DNA of 64,000 bases from an uncultured Gemmatimonadales bacterium (GTDB lineage: Bacteria; Gemmatimonadota; Gemmatimonadetes; Longimicrobiales; Gaopeijiaceae). The translations under genes and the position numbers were made by a program. Location: contig CAWKGE010000008.1 in the NCBI GenBank assembly GCA_963848895.1, forward strand, positions 196,901 through 260,900, read 5' to 3'. The notes under the pieces were generated by a model. The model was not told the origin of the DNA, searched no databases, and was given only the letters and a program-made list of their open reading frames with translations. Numbering within the stretch: the first letter of the stretch is position 1; each line of letters opens with the position of its first letter. Below are positions 19,191 through 28,775 of the stretch, piece by piece.

Positions 19191-19795
19191 ACGTCGCCCT
19201 CTTCGACTACGGCGCGGGCAACCTGCACTCCCTGGGCAAGGCCCTGGAGCGCGCGGGCGCTACGGTGCGCGTCACGCGCCGACTGGGACGAGGCGCTCGG
19301 ACAGGACGCCCTCGTCCTTCCCGGCGTCGGGGCGTTCGGCGCCGCCGCGGCCGCGCTTGCCGCCGGACCGGGCGCCGCTGTGGCGGGCGCTCGCGGAGGG
19401 GCTTCCCGTGCCTCGGCATCTGCCTGGGGATGCAGCTCCTGTTCGACGGACAGCGAGGAGTCCGCGGGATCCGGCATCGGCGCTGGTGCCGGGACGCGTC
19501 GTGCGGCTGCGCGCCCCCGTGGTCCCCCAGATGGGGTGGAACGACGTCGAGACGGCGGACGACCCGATCTTCCACGGCACGAAGCCCCTGGTCGCGTACT
19601 ACGCCAACTCGTTCGTGTGCGCAGCCGGACGACCCCGGGGACGCGATCGCCTGGAGCGAGTACGGGGGCGTGCGCTTCGCGGCCGCGGTTCGCCGCGCCC
19701 GGACCTGGGGCGTGCAGTTCCACCCCGAGAAGAGCTCGGCGCGGGGACGCATCCTCCTGGCCAACTGGGTCGCCCTGGCGGGAGGCCGACGATGA
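19187..19795 (+). pseudogene. hisH: Imidazole glycerol phosphate synthase glutaminase subunit gene with about five apparent frameshifts.
   Basis: HisH motifs are found successively in frames 2, 0, 2, 0, 1 and 2: [30 protein letters not shown]; [20 protein letters not shown]; [16 protein letters not shown]; [14 protein letters not shown]; [41 protein letters not shown]; [36 protein letters not shown]. The stop at 19795 overlaps the hisA ATG. Confidence 0.7.
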
Positions 19796-20555
19796 TCGTC
19801 GCGCCGGCCGTCGACCTGAGGGGAGGGCGCTGCGTGCAGCTCGTCGGCGGTCGGCCCGGAGGACGAGCGCGTCTCCCTCCCCGACCCCGTCGCGGTCGCG
19901 GAGCGCTGGTGGCGCACGGGCTTCCGCACGCTCCACCTCGTGGACCTCGACGCCGCCCTGGGCGCCGGAGACAACCTGTCGCTGCTTCAGGAGCTGATCG
20001 GCGCCACACCCGCCGACACGCAGGTCGGGGGAGGCATCCGGGACGACGCGAGGGTGGCCGCCCTCCTCCGAGCCGGTGCCGACCGCGTGGTGGTGGGTAC
20101 CCGCGCCCTGGACGACCCGCGCTGGCTCGCCGCGCTCGTCGCGCGTCACCCCGGACGCGTGGTGGTCGCCGCGGACACGCGCGAGGGCCAGGTGCTGCGC
20201 AAGGGCTGGACCGAAGGCTCCGGCCTGAGCGTGGCCGATTTCCTTCAACGCATGGCCGGGCTGCCCCTGGCGGGCGTGCTCGCCACCGACGTGGGGCGCG
20301 AGGGCCGACTGGCGGGGATCGCAGCGGGAGGCGGTTGCGCATACATTGCGCTCGACGGCGCATCCCGTGTGGGTCTCCGGCGGCGTCACGACCGAAGACG
20401 AGCTCGCCTGGCTGGACGGCGAGGGTGCCGGCGGCGCGGTGGTGGGGATGGCGCTGTACACCGGGGTCCTGGATCCGGCGCGACTCGCAGCGCGCTGGGG
20501 CACGGCCGGAGACCGATCCGTCGACGACAGAGAGCAGGTGGGAGAAGAAACGTGA
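19792..20555 (+). CDS. hisA: ProFAR isomerase gene with two apparent frameshifts (near 19850 and 20330).
   Basis: [20 protein letters not shown] is in frame 1. [18 protein letters not shown]...[11 protein letters not shown]...[13 protein letters not shown] is in frame 2. [21 protein letters not shown]...* is in frame 1 and ends at 20555. Confidence 0.75.
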
Positions 20556-21091
20556 GCAAGCTGCAGAGGGAGACCCGAGAGACCCAGATCCTGTGCCAGG
20601 TGCGCCGCGGCACCGGCGAGGCCGGCGTGCAGATCGCCGACCGCTTCCTCAGCCACATGGTCGAGACGCTGGCGCGCTATGCGGGGCTGGACATCACGAT
20701 CGAAGCCGCGGGCGACCTGCGACACCACCTGGTCGAGGACGTGGCGATCACGCTCGGCCTGGCGCTCAAGGACGAGGTCCCCGAGAAGGCGGCGCGCTAC
20801 GGCTGGGCGCAGGTGCCCATGGACGAGTCCCTCGCCGAGGCGGCCATCGACCTGGGCGGTCGGCCGTACTACGTGGGCCCGCTCCCCTCCAAGCTGTACA
20901 CGCATTTCCTGCACTCCTTCGCCACCAACCTGGGGGCCACGCTGCACGTGCGGGTGCTCCGAGGCGAGGACCGCCACCACCGGGTCGAGGCCGCGGTGAA
21001 GGCCGTGGGTCTCGCCCTGCGCCAGGCGATGGCGGAGGGGGACAGCGTGTTCAGCACCAAGGGTGCCGTGCGCATGAAGCGGATCGACTGA
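20552..21091 (+). CDS. hisB: Imidazoleglycerol-phosphate dehydratase (monofunctional).
   Basis: GTG start overlaps the hisA stop. The 179-aa ORF is intact and carries IGPD motifs ([33 protein letters not shown]). Confidence 0.8.
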   Translation: MSKLQRETRETQILCQVRRGTGEAGVQIADRFLSHMVETLARYAGLDITIEAAGDLRHHLVEDVAITLGLALKDEVPEKAARYGWAQVPMDESLAEAAIDLGGRPYYVGPLPSKLYTHFLHSFATNLGATLHVRVLRGEDRHHRVEAAVKAVGLALRQAMAEGDSVFSTKGAVRMKRID

Positions 21092-21873
21092 TGCTCCGTC
21101 CGCGCGTGATCGTGTGCCTCGACGTGAAGGATGGCCGCGTGGTGAAGGGGACCCGGTTCGAGGGGCTGCGCGACGTAGGCGATCCGGTGGAGCTCGCGGC
21201 CCGCTACGAGGCCGAGGGAGCCGACGAGATCGTCTACCTCGACGTGTCCGCGTCCCGCGAGGGACGGGGCACGCTGCTCGACACGGTGCGCCGCACCGCC
21301 GAGACCCTCTTCATCCCGCTGACCGTCGGCGGCGGCGTGCGCTCGGCCGACGACATCGGCCCACTCCTGCGCGCAGGCGCCGACAAGGTCAGCGTGAACA
21401 CCGCGGCCGTGAGGGATCCAAGCCTGCTGTCCCTCGGCGCCGAGCGCTTCGGGAGCCAGTGCATGGTCGCCAGCATCGATGCGGCGCGCGCAGGCGACGG
21501 TTGGCGCTGCTACACCCACGGGGGGTCGCGGCCGACGGATCTGGGCGCGGTGGCGTGGGCAGCGGCGTGCAAGGAGCGCGGCGCCGGCGAGATCCTCCTC
21601 ACCTCCATCGACCGCGACGGGGCCCGCACCGGCTACGACCTGGCGCTCACCCGGGCGGTGGCCGACGCCGTCCCCGTGCCCGTGATCGCGTCCGGGGGCG
21701 CCGGTGCCGCGGAGCACCTCCGCGAAGCCTTCACGGTGGGGCGGGCCTCGGCGGCGCTGGTTGCCGGGATCCTGCACGACGGCCTCACGACAGTGGGCGC
21801 GCTCAAGTCCGCCCTCGCAGGGTGGGACATCGCCGTGCGCAGCGTGGACGACGGGGAAGGAGCGGCCGCATGA
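21091..21873 (+). CDS. hisF: Imidazole glycerol phosphate synthase cyclase subunit.
   Basis: 260 aa, intact ([15 protein letters not shown]...SGGAG...). The start overlaps the hisB stop by 1 nt. Confidence 0.9.
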   Translation: MLRPRVIVCLDVKDGRVVKGTRFEGLRDVGDPVELAARYEAEGADEIVYLDVSASREGRGTLLDTVRRTAETLFIPLTVGGGVRSADDIGPLLRAGADKVSVNTAAVRDPSLLSLGAERFGSQCMVASIDAARAGDGWRCYTHGGSRPTDLGAVAWAAACKERGAGEILLTSIDRDGARTGYDLALTRAVADAVPVPVIASGGAGAAEHLREAFTVGRASAALVAGILHDGLTTVGALKSALAGWDIAVRSVDDGEGAAA

Positions 21874-22500
21874 ACGACCGGGCGTTGGGCAACGCCGACG
21901 ATCTGGAGGGGCTCTCGTACGGCGAGGACGGCCTCGTGCTCGTCGTGGCGCAGGACGCCCGGGACGGGCGGGTGCTCATGGTGGCCTGGGCGAACCAGCA
22001 TGCGCTGGAGCGCAGCCTGGCGACGCGCGAGATGCACTTCTGGTCGCGGTCGCGGTCGCAGCTGTGGAAGAAGGGGGAGACGAGCGGGAACGTGCTCCGG
22101 GTGGTGTCGCTGCACGCCGACTGCGACGGCGACGCGGTGCTCGCGCGCGTGCACCCCACCGGGCCCGCGTGCCACACGGGAGATCCGACGTGCTTCGGCG
22201 AGGGGGCGGACCCCGAGGGGCTCGGAGCCGTGCTCGTGGCGCTGGACGCAACGATGGCGGGGCGCGCGCGGGCGCGACCCGAGAGGAGCTACACCGTCCG
22301 CCTTCTCGACGACGAGAACCTCCGCCTGAAGAAGCTGGGCGAGGAGACGGCCGAGCTGGTGGCGGCGCTGGCCCGGGGTGACGGGGAGCGCACGAGGGAG
22401 GAGGCCGCCGATCTGCTCTACCACCTCCTCGCCGCGCTTCGCGCCGCGGGGCGTGCACCTCGACGAGGTGGCCGCAGCGCTGGCGGCCCGGAGGCGCTGA
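21870..22500 (+). CDS. hisI: Bifunctional phosphoribosyl-AMP cyclohydrolase / phosphoribosyl-ATP pyrophosphatase. There is one apparent frameshift near 22455; as given, the ORF runs to 22538.
   Basis: HisI motifs (…[51 protein letters not shown]…CHTGDPTCF) are followed by a HisE helical domain. Removing one G in gcgggg restores …[18 protein letters not shown] with the stop at 22498-22500. Confidence 0.8.
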
Positions 22501-22598
22501 GCAAGCCCCACCCGCACCCTGCGCCGTCTGGGGGGTAGGAAGATGAGTCGGGACGGTGCAGGTCGCCGCTCGACAGGGTCCCGGGAAAGGAGGGTACA

Positions 22599-22793
22599 AT
22601 GGTCCAGATCGACCTCACACCCAGGGAAGCCGAGACTCTCCGAAAGGCGCTCGACAGCTACCTCTCGGAGCTCCGGACGGAGATCGTCCACACCGACTCC
22701 GCGACCTACCGCGAGGGCCTCGTCGAACGCGAGGAGCTCCTTCGCAAGGTCACGCAGCAGCTCGCGGAGCAGGCCGGGGCGCCCATCGGCTAG
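22599..22793 (+). CDS. Small hypothetical protein (64 aa, predicted helical).
   Basis: A strong AGGAGG RBS lies 7 nt upstream of the ATG. Composition is protein-like and not Arg/Pro-biased (MVQIDLTPREAETLRKALDSYLSELRTEIVHTDSATYREGLVEREELLRKVTQQLAEQAGAPIG). A hairpin follows the stop. Confidence 0.45.
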   Translation: MVQIDLTPREAETLRKALDSYLSELRTEIVHTDSATYREGLVEREELLRKVTQQLAEQAGAPIG

Positions 22794-22794
22794 C

Positions 22795-22864
22795 GTCCCC
22801 GGGCCTCGCCCGGGGACGCATCGGGAACGGAGGGGAGGCCCCCGTGCGCACGTTCGGGGGCCTC
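22795..22864. terminator. Two GC hairpins between convergent genes, the probable bidirectional terminator region.
   Basis: gtccccggg-cctcg-cccggggac (22795-22817) and gaggcccccg-N10-cgggggcctc (22835-22864). There are no T-runs, which is typical for high-GC genomes. Confidence 0.4.
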
Positions 22865-22888
22865 CGGCCTTCCTCGCGGATCGGCTGC

Positions 22889-25601
22889 CTACTCGGGACT
22901 CGAGGGACCGCACCGGGTCGGTGCGCACGGCCTCCCTGGCCGGGAGCCAGCTCGCCGCGAGCGCAACGGCCAGCAGGACGGCCGCCACCAACACGATCGT
23001 CGTCGGATCCGTGGGACTCACGCCCCACACCAGTCCCGCCAGCACCCGGGACAGCGCCAGGGAACCGGCGGCTCCTGCCAGGAGGCCGAGGGCCACCGGC
23101 GTCAGACCCTGCAGCGCCACCAGGCGCGACACCGCCAGCCCCCCGGCGCCCAGCGCCATGCGGATCCCGATTTCCTGGCGGCGGCGCCGCACCGTGTAGG
23201 CGAGCACGCCGTAGATGCCGAAGGCGGTCAGCACGAGCGCCAGCCCCGCGAACGTCGACAGGAGCGTCGCCCCGAAGCGCTCCCGCGCCAGGGACTCGGA
23301 GACCACGTCGTTCAGCGTAAGCACCTCGGGCGCGGGCAGCCCGGGATCGAGCGGAACGCAGCGCGTCGCGCAGCACGCGCTCGGCACCTCCCCCGCCTGG
23401 GCGCGATGCGGGCGATGAAGACGGGCATCCTCCCCAGCGCATCGGCGAGCAGCGTCGGCGCCTGTGCAGCCGGCTGATAGACCGTGCGCCGGGGCTCGGT
23501 GCGCAGCGACACCTCGCGCACGTCCGCCACCACCCCCACGATCTCGGCCCCCGGGCCCTCCAGCGACGGGTCGATGAACTCCCCGCGATAGCGGCCGATG
23601 TCGACGCGCTGTCCGAGGGGGCTCTCGTCCGGGAAGTAGCGGCGCACGAACGACTCGTTCACGATCACCACCGGCGGCCCTCCCTCCTCGTCCGTTTCCG
23701 AGAAGGCGCGACCGGCCAGCAGGTCGATTCCGAGGATCCCGAAGTAGCCCGGCGTCACCGCCCGCCATTCCACCGCTCCCTCGAAGTCGTCGGGACGGCC
23801 CCCGATGGACATCGGGAGGTTGAGGCCACGCTCCAGCGGGAGGTTCGACGCGCCCGCCAGCGAGGCGATGCCGGGAGCCCGTCCCGCCTGCGCCACCATC
23901 CGGCGCTCGAGCTCCCACAGGTCGTGGGCGGTCCCGTACCCGGCCGGCTTGAACGGGAATCGTACCGCCACCAGCCCGTCGGCCTCGAATCCGGGGTCCA
24001 CGCTGCGCAGGCTCACGAGGGTGGCGACGAGCAGGCCGGCCCCCACCAGGAGCATCATGGAGAGCGCGGCCTGCGCCGCGAGCAGCGTCTGCCGACCCCG
24101 GCCACCCCCCGTGCTCCCGCGTGCGCCCTCCTTGAGCACCTCGGAGAGGCGGGTGCGCATGGCGGGCAGCGCGGCGGCGCCCCCGAAGAGCAGCCCGGTG
24201 GTCAGCGCCGCGAGGAAGGTGAACGCCACCACCCGCCAGTCGACCCCGATCGTGTCCATGCGCGGCAGCTCGGCCGGCGACAGCGCCAGCAGGGCACTCA
24301 GCCCCCACCGGGCCAGGAGCAGGCCGACCGCACCGGCGAGGAGCGCGAGGATGACGCTCTCCGTCAGGATGAAGCGCGCGACCCGCCCGCGGGACGCGCC
24401 GAGGGCCGCCCGCAAGGCGACCTCGCGACGGCGGCTCACCGCCCGGGCCAGGAGCAGGTTGGCGACGTTCGCGCACGCGATCAGCAGTACCAGGCCGACC
24501 GCGCCCATCACGACCCACAGCGCTGTCGCGGCGTCGCCCACGTACAGCTCCTCGAACGTCGCGAGCTTCATGCCCCCGTCCGGGTCGTAGACCTGGTCGG
24601 GGTACTGCTCGGCGAAGGGTGCGTCCAGCCGGGCGACGTCGGCCGCTGCGGCACCTTTCCCCACGCCGTCCCGCAGGCGGGCGATGATCGGGAAGTTCGC
24701 CCCCTCGTCCTTCGGGTCCACGCGCAGGCCGAGGGGCACGACCACGTCGATCCGGTTGAGCACCTGGGGAAAGGAGAAGGCTTCCGGCAGCACCCCCACC
24801 ACGGTGTAGGGCTCCTCGTCGATCCGAAGCGTGCTTCCGACCGCGTCGCGTGCGCCCCCGAATCGCTCCTCCCACAGGCCGTGGCTGATCAGCGCCACGC
24901 GCGGCCCGTCCGGCACGTCCTCCGCCGCCGTGAAATCGCGTCCGAGGCGCGGGCTCGTAGCCGACCACCTGAAGGAAATCCCGGCTCGCCCGCAGGCCGG
25001 TGACGCCGGTGACGCCGTCGCCCACCTCGACACGCGCGAGGAACGAGCGCCAGGTGGCCATCCCCTCGAAGGAGCCGGTGTTGTCGCGCCAGTACTCGAA
25101 CTTGATCGGGCTCACCCCGGTCTGCAGCCACCCGCCCCGATCCCAGGCCAGATGGACGAACCGGTCCGCCTTCGGAAACGGCAGCCGCTGCAGCACCACG
25201 GAGTCCACGACGCTGAAGATCGCGCTGTTGGCGCCGATCCCCAGCGCCAGCGTGAGCACGACCATCACCGCGAAGCGGGGCGCCCTGGCCAGCGACCGGA
25301 ATACCTGCGCGACGTCCTGTCGAAGCGTATCCATCATCCACTCGAGCTGCGGTTCTCGTCCGGGCGAGCCACCCATCCGTGTGTGCGCGCCACTCCCTCG
25401 CGTCCGCCACCGCTCGTAGAGCCCGCGGCGGACCACGTCCCATATCCCCAACCACCCGGACGCCATGCCGCGCAGCCTGCCCGCACGGTACGCACGCCGA
25501 AGCTCGTGGGTGTACAGCGCCTCCATGGCCGGGCCGTGCTTGCGCCGCAGCCCCGTGGGCATCAGCCACAGCGCCGACCGATAGAGACGCCTCCAGATCA
25601 T
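22889..25601 (-). pseudogene. ADOP-family (MacB/FtsX-like duplicated) ABC permease gene with an N-terminal permease-prefix domain. At least four apparent frameshifts.
   Basis: N-terminus MIWRRLYRSALWLMP...MDTLRQDVAQVFRSLARAPRFAVMVVLTLALGIGANSAIFSVV, then two FtsX halves (LIACANVANLLLARAVSRRREVALRAALGASR ... IGIRMALGAGG). Segments lie in three frames with shifts near 24950, 23420 and 23330 and near the C-terminus. The start overlaps the padR stop. Confidence 0.65.
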
Positions 25602-25924
25602 GCCTGTGCCCGGCGGCTCCCGAGCCGCGCCCTGGCCGCGTCGGCCAGCGCCTCCATCCGCGCGACCTCCTCCTCCAGGGCGTCGCGCCCCCGGGGTGTG
25701 AGGCGATAGAAGCGCTCGCGCCCGGCGATCCCCTTCGGTCGCTCGCCTTCCTCCATCTCCTCCAGCCAGCCGCGGGAGGCGAGCTCCTCGAGCGATCCGT
25801 AGAGCGTGGCGGGCCACAGCCGGACCTTCCCGTCGCTGAGGGTGCGCACGTCGTCCTGGATCGCGCTGCCGTAGCGGGGCGAGGCGGAAACGGACAGGAG
25901 GATGTAGAACCAATGCGGCTTCAC
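25598..25924 (-). CDS. PadR family transcriptional regulator.
   Basis: 108 aa from the GTG at 25924 (VKPHWFYILLSVSASPRYGSAIQDDV...). A winged-helix PadR signature is present. The upstream TTG at 25963 is less likely because it lies inside the palindromic operator. Confidence 0.8.
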   Translation of the reverse strand: MKPHWFYILLSVSASPRYGSAIQDDVRTLSDGKVRLWPATLYGSLEELASRGWLEEMEEGERPKGIAGRERFYRLTPRGRDALEEEVARMEALADAARARLGSRRAQA

Positions 25925-25961
25925 GGCGGGCCTCGGCTTCGCTGAGCGTGGGTGTCCAGAC

Positions 25962-25994
25962 AAACTACTACGGAATAGTATGCCTGGGTAGTTT
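25962..25994 (-). promoter_or_regulatory. Nested inverted repeats upstream of padR; candidate PadR operator/promoter.
   Basis: AAACTAC-TACTA-cggaa-TAGTA-tgcctgg-GTAGTTT lies in a locally AT-rich stretch 38-70 nt upstream of the padR start. Confidence 0.4.
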
Positions 25995-26010
25995 CAGTCC
26001 GCGGCGCGGC

Positions 26011-26752
26011 CTACGGTCCGCCGATGTGCACCATCGTGAGCCCCGGGAGGGTGTTGATCAGCGCGTGGACGACCGCGCACGCGACGACGTTCCGGCGCGA
26101 GCCGAGGTAGACGCCGCCGAGGATCAGTCCGCCCGGCACGCCCTGGCCGAGGGCAGCCGTCCAGGCCGCGCCCCAGTCGCCGGCCGACGGCCAGCGCGGG
26201 TTCAGGTACGCGTAGGGAAGGTGGTAGAGGCCGAAGCAGAGCGAGGCGAGCACCAGCCCCGCGGCGGCCGACCCCGTGAGCCGCTCGAGCCGCGGCTGCA
26301 GGAATCCGCGGAAGAAGAGCTCCTCCGTGAAGCCTGCCGTGAGGAACATCAGGAGGAACACGATGGGAAGGAGCCAGGCGATGCTCCCGTCCTCCAGGAA
26401 GACCCGGATGGCCCCCGCCCTGGAAGACAGCAGGAGCTGCAGGGCGCCGAGCACGAGCCCGAGCGGCACGGCCCACACCAACCCCGCCCGGAGCCCGCCC
26501 CATCGCAGGCCGAGCGCGGCGAGGGCACGCCGTGCGCGCCCGCCGTCCCCACGGGGTACGGTGGCCAGCGTGAGGCCGAACGGCACGGCCACCAGCGAGA
26601 CCCAGTGGAGCGACTCCGATTCGGGGCGTGCGAAGAGGTACGCGAGGTAGGCGGCGAAATACGCGGGGCCGAGCCACGGCGAGCCGGACCGCCGGCGCCG
26701 GCCCGGGTACCACCGCCCGTGGGCGCCGACGCCCGATCGTCTGCGAGTCCAT
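26011..26752 (-). CDS. CPBP family intramembrane glutamic endopeptidase (CAAX protease-like). One apparent frameshift sits shortly after the start.
   Basis: The ATG at 26752 has a strong AAGGAGG RBS. After about 9 codons the conserved frame switches (…WLGPAYFAAYLAYLF…FTEELFFRGFLQ…YHLPYAY…HALIN…). Confidence 0.7.
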
Positions 26753-26879
26753 GGGCCTCCTTACGCGAGCGCCGCCCCGCCTGTGTCACGCGCCGCGGAA
26801 CGGCGGTCGCGCACGGAGGGTACGGTGTCGCCGCCCGAGCCGAGCCATCCCCGCGACATCGTCCTTCCCGCTCGAGATC

Positions 26880-28682
26880 ATGGCCGAGACCGGCATCCAC
26901 GTCGAAGAAGAAGCGCTGGGCAAGGCGTACGATGCACGCCTCATGCGCAGGCTGCTCCGATACCTGCGGCCCTACAAGCTGCCGGTGGTCGCGGCGGTCG
27001 CGCTGCTCATGCTCGGCTCCGCCATGGAGGTCGTGGGACCGTGGCTGACCCAGGTCGTGATCGACCGGGCGATCCCCGCCGCCGACTACGCGCTGCTGGC
27101 CAAGCTCGCCGTCGCCTACATGGGCGCAGTGGTGATCGGCGCCGCCCTCCAGTACGGGCAGGGCATCCTGACCACGTGGCTGGGGCAGAGCGTCATGTAC
27201 GACCTGCGCACCGAGATCTTCGAGCGTTTCCAGCGCCTCGACCTCCGGTTCTTCGACCGGAACCCGGTGGGCCGGCTCATGACGCGCATCACCAACGACG
27301 TCGAGACGCTGAACGAGCTGTTCAGCTCCGGCGTGGTGTCGGTCTTCGGCGACGTGTTCACGCTCCTGTTCATCGTGGTCGCGATGCTGCGCATGGACTG
27401 GCGCCTCGCCCTGGTGGCGTTCAGCGTCCTCCCGCTCGTGTTCATCGCGGCGTTCGTGTTCCGCGCGAGGATCCGGGACGCATACCGCGACATCCGGGTG
27501 CGGCTCGCGCGGCTCAACGCCTTCCTGCACGAGCACTTCACGGGCATCCGCGTGGTGCAGCTCTTCAACCGGGAAGAGGCGGACGCCCGCCGCCACCAGG
27601 AGCTGAACGCACACTACCTGGAGGCGCACCTCCGCTCGATCACCTACTACGCGCTCTTCTTCCCGGTCATCGAGTTCTTCACGGCGATCGCCCTCGCGCT
27701 CATCCTCTGGTACGGCGGCGTGCAGATCATCGCCGGCGGCGTAACGGTCGGCGTCGTGGCCGCCTTCCTCCAGTACGCACGCCGCTTCTTCCGCCCCATC
27801 CAGGACCTGTCGGAGAAGTACAACCTCCTGCAGGGGGCGATGGCGTCGTCCGAGCGCGTCTTCAAGCTGCTCGACCGGGAGATCGACATCGTGGACCCAC
27901 CGGACCCCCTCGAGCTCGCCGACCCCGTGCGTGGCGAGATCGAGTTCCGCGACGTCTGGTTCGCCTACGGCGAGCGCGAGGACGGCGAGCCCGATTGGGT
28001 CCTCAAGGGTGTGAGCTTCCGGGTGGCGCCGGGCGAGAAGATGGCGATCGTCGGGCACACGGGCGCAGGCAAGACGACGGTCATCAACCTCCTCATGCGC
28101 TTCTACGACGTGAAGCGCGGGCAGATCCTGCTGGACGGGGTGCCGATCGACCGGCTGCGGCTCTCCGATCTGCGCGCGCGCATCGGGCTCGTGCTGCAGG
28201 ACGTCTTCCTCTTCAGCCAGGACGTCGCCTACAACATCCGCCTCGGATCTCCGGAGATCGACGACGAGCGGGTGCGCCGGGCGGCGGAGCGCCTGGGGGC
28301 CGCCCCGTTCATCGAGCGCCTGGAGAAGGGCTATGCGCAGTCGCTGGGCGAGCGCGGCTCCACGCTCTCGGTGGGCGAGCGCCAGCTCGTGAGCTTCGCG
28401 CGGGCGCTCGCGTTCGATCCGGAGATCCTGATCCTGGACGAGGCCACCAGCTCGGTGGACTCGGAGATCGAGGAGAAGATCGAGCGGGCGACGGACGAGC
28501 TGCTGAAGGGACGCACGTCGCTCGTCATCGCCCACCGCCTGTCGACCGTGCAGAACGCCGACCGCATCCTCGTGCTGCACCACGGCGAGCTGCGCGAGGA
28601 GGGCACGCACGGGGAGCTCCTCGACCAGGGTGGGCTGTACGCGCGCCTCCACGAGCTGCAGTTCGCCGGCGCGGTGGGCTGA
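26880..28682 (+). CDS. ABC transporter ATP-binding/permease protein (MsbA-like exporter).
   Basis: 600 aa, intact: a six-TM domain followed by Walker A GHTGAGKTT, the signature LSVGERQ, and Walker B ILILDEATS. Confidence 0.85.
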   Translation: MAETGIHVEEEALGKAYDARLMRRLLRYLRPYKLPVVAAVALLMLGSAMEVVGPWLTQVVIDRAIPAADYALLAKLAVAYMGAVVIGAALQYGQGILTTWLGQSVMYDLRTEIFERFQRLDLRFFDRNPVGRLMTRITNDVETLNELFSSGVVSVFGDVFTLLFIVVAMLRMDWRLALVAFSVLPLVFIAAFVFRARIRDAYRDIRVRLARLNAFLHEHFTGIRVVQLFNREEADARRHQELNAHYLEAHLRSITYYALFFPVIEFFTAIALALILWYGGVQIIAGGVTVGVVAAFLQYARRFFRPIQDLSEKYNLLQGAMASSERVFKLLDREIDIVDPPDPLELADPVRGEIEFRDVWFAYGEREDGEPDWVLKGVSFRVAPGEKMAIVGHTGAGKTTVINLLMRFYDVKRGQILLDGVPIDRLRLSDLRARIGLVLQDVFLFSQDVAYNIRLGSPEIDDERVRRAAERLGAAPFIERLEKGYAQSLGERGSTLSVGERQLVSFARALAFDPEILILDEATSSVDSEIEEKIERATDELLKGRTSLVIAHRLSTVQNADRILVLHHGELREEGTHGELLDQGGLYARLHELQFAGAVG

Positions 28683-28775
28683 CGCTCACGCCCCCTGTGG
28701 GCAATGAAACCTTTCGTCTCTTTCACCCATCCAACCTCATCGAGAGGGCACGGGAAGCGATGAGCGGGAGGGGCG

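Noticed and set aside
20552-21091. hisB lacks a histidinol-phosphatase domain and there is no hisN in the operon.
   Set aside because: Monofunctional IGPD with an unlinked phosphatase is normal outside Enterobacteria. It is not evidence of an incomplete pathway.
21633-25913. A 1426-aa minus-strand ORF spanning the end of the his operon through padR.
   Set aside because: It is a stop-codon-poor artefact of the 70% GC content. Its translation is Arg/Pro/Gly-rich and non-protein-like except where it coincides with real frames of the ADOP permease. The true genes there are padR, a frameshifted ADOP gene, and plus-strand hisF/hisIE.
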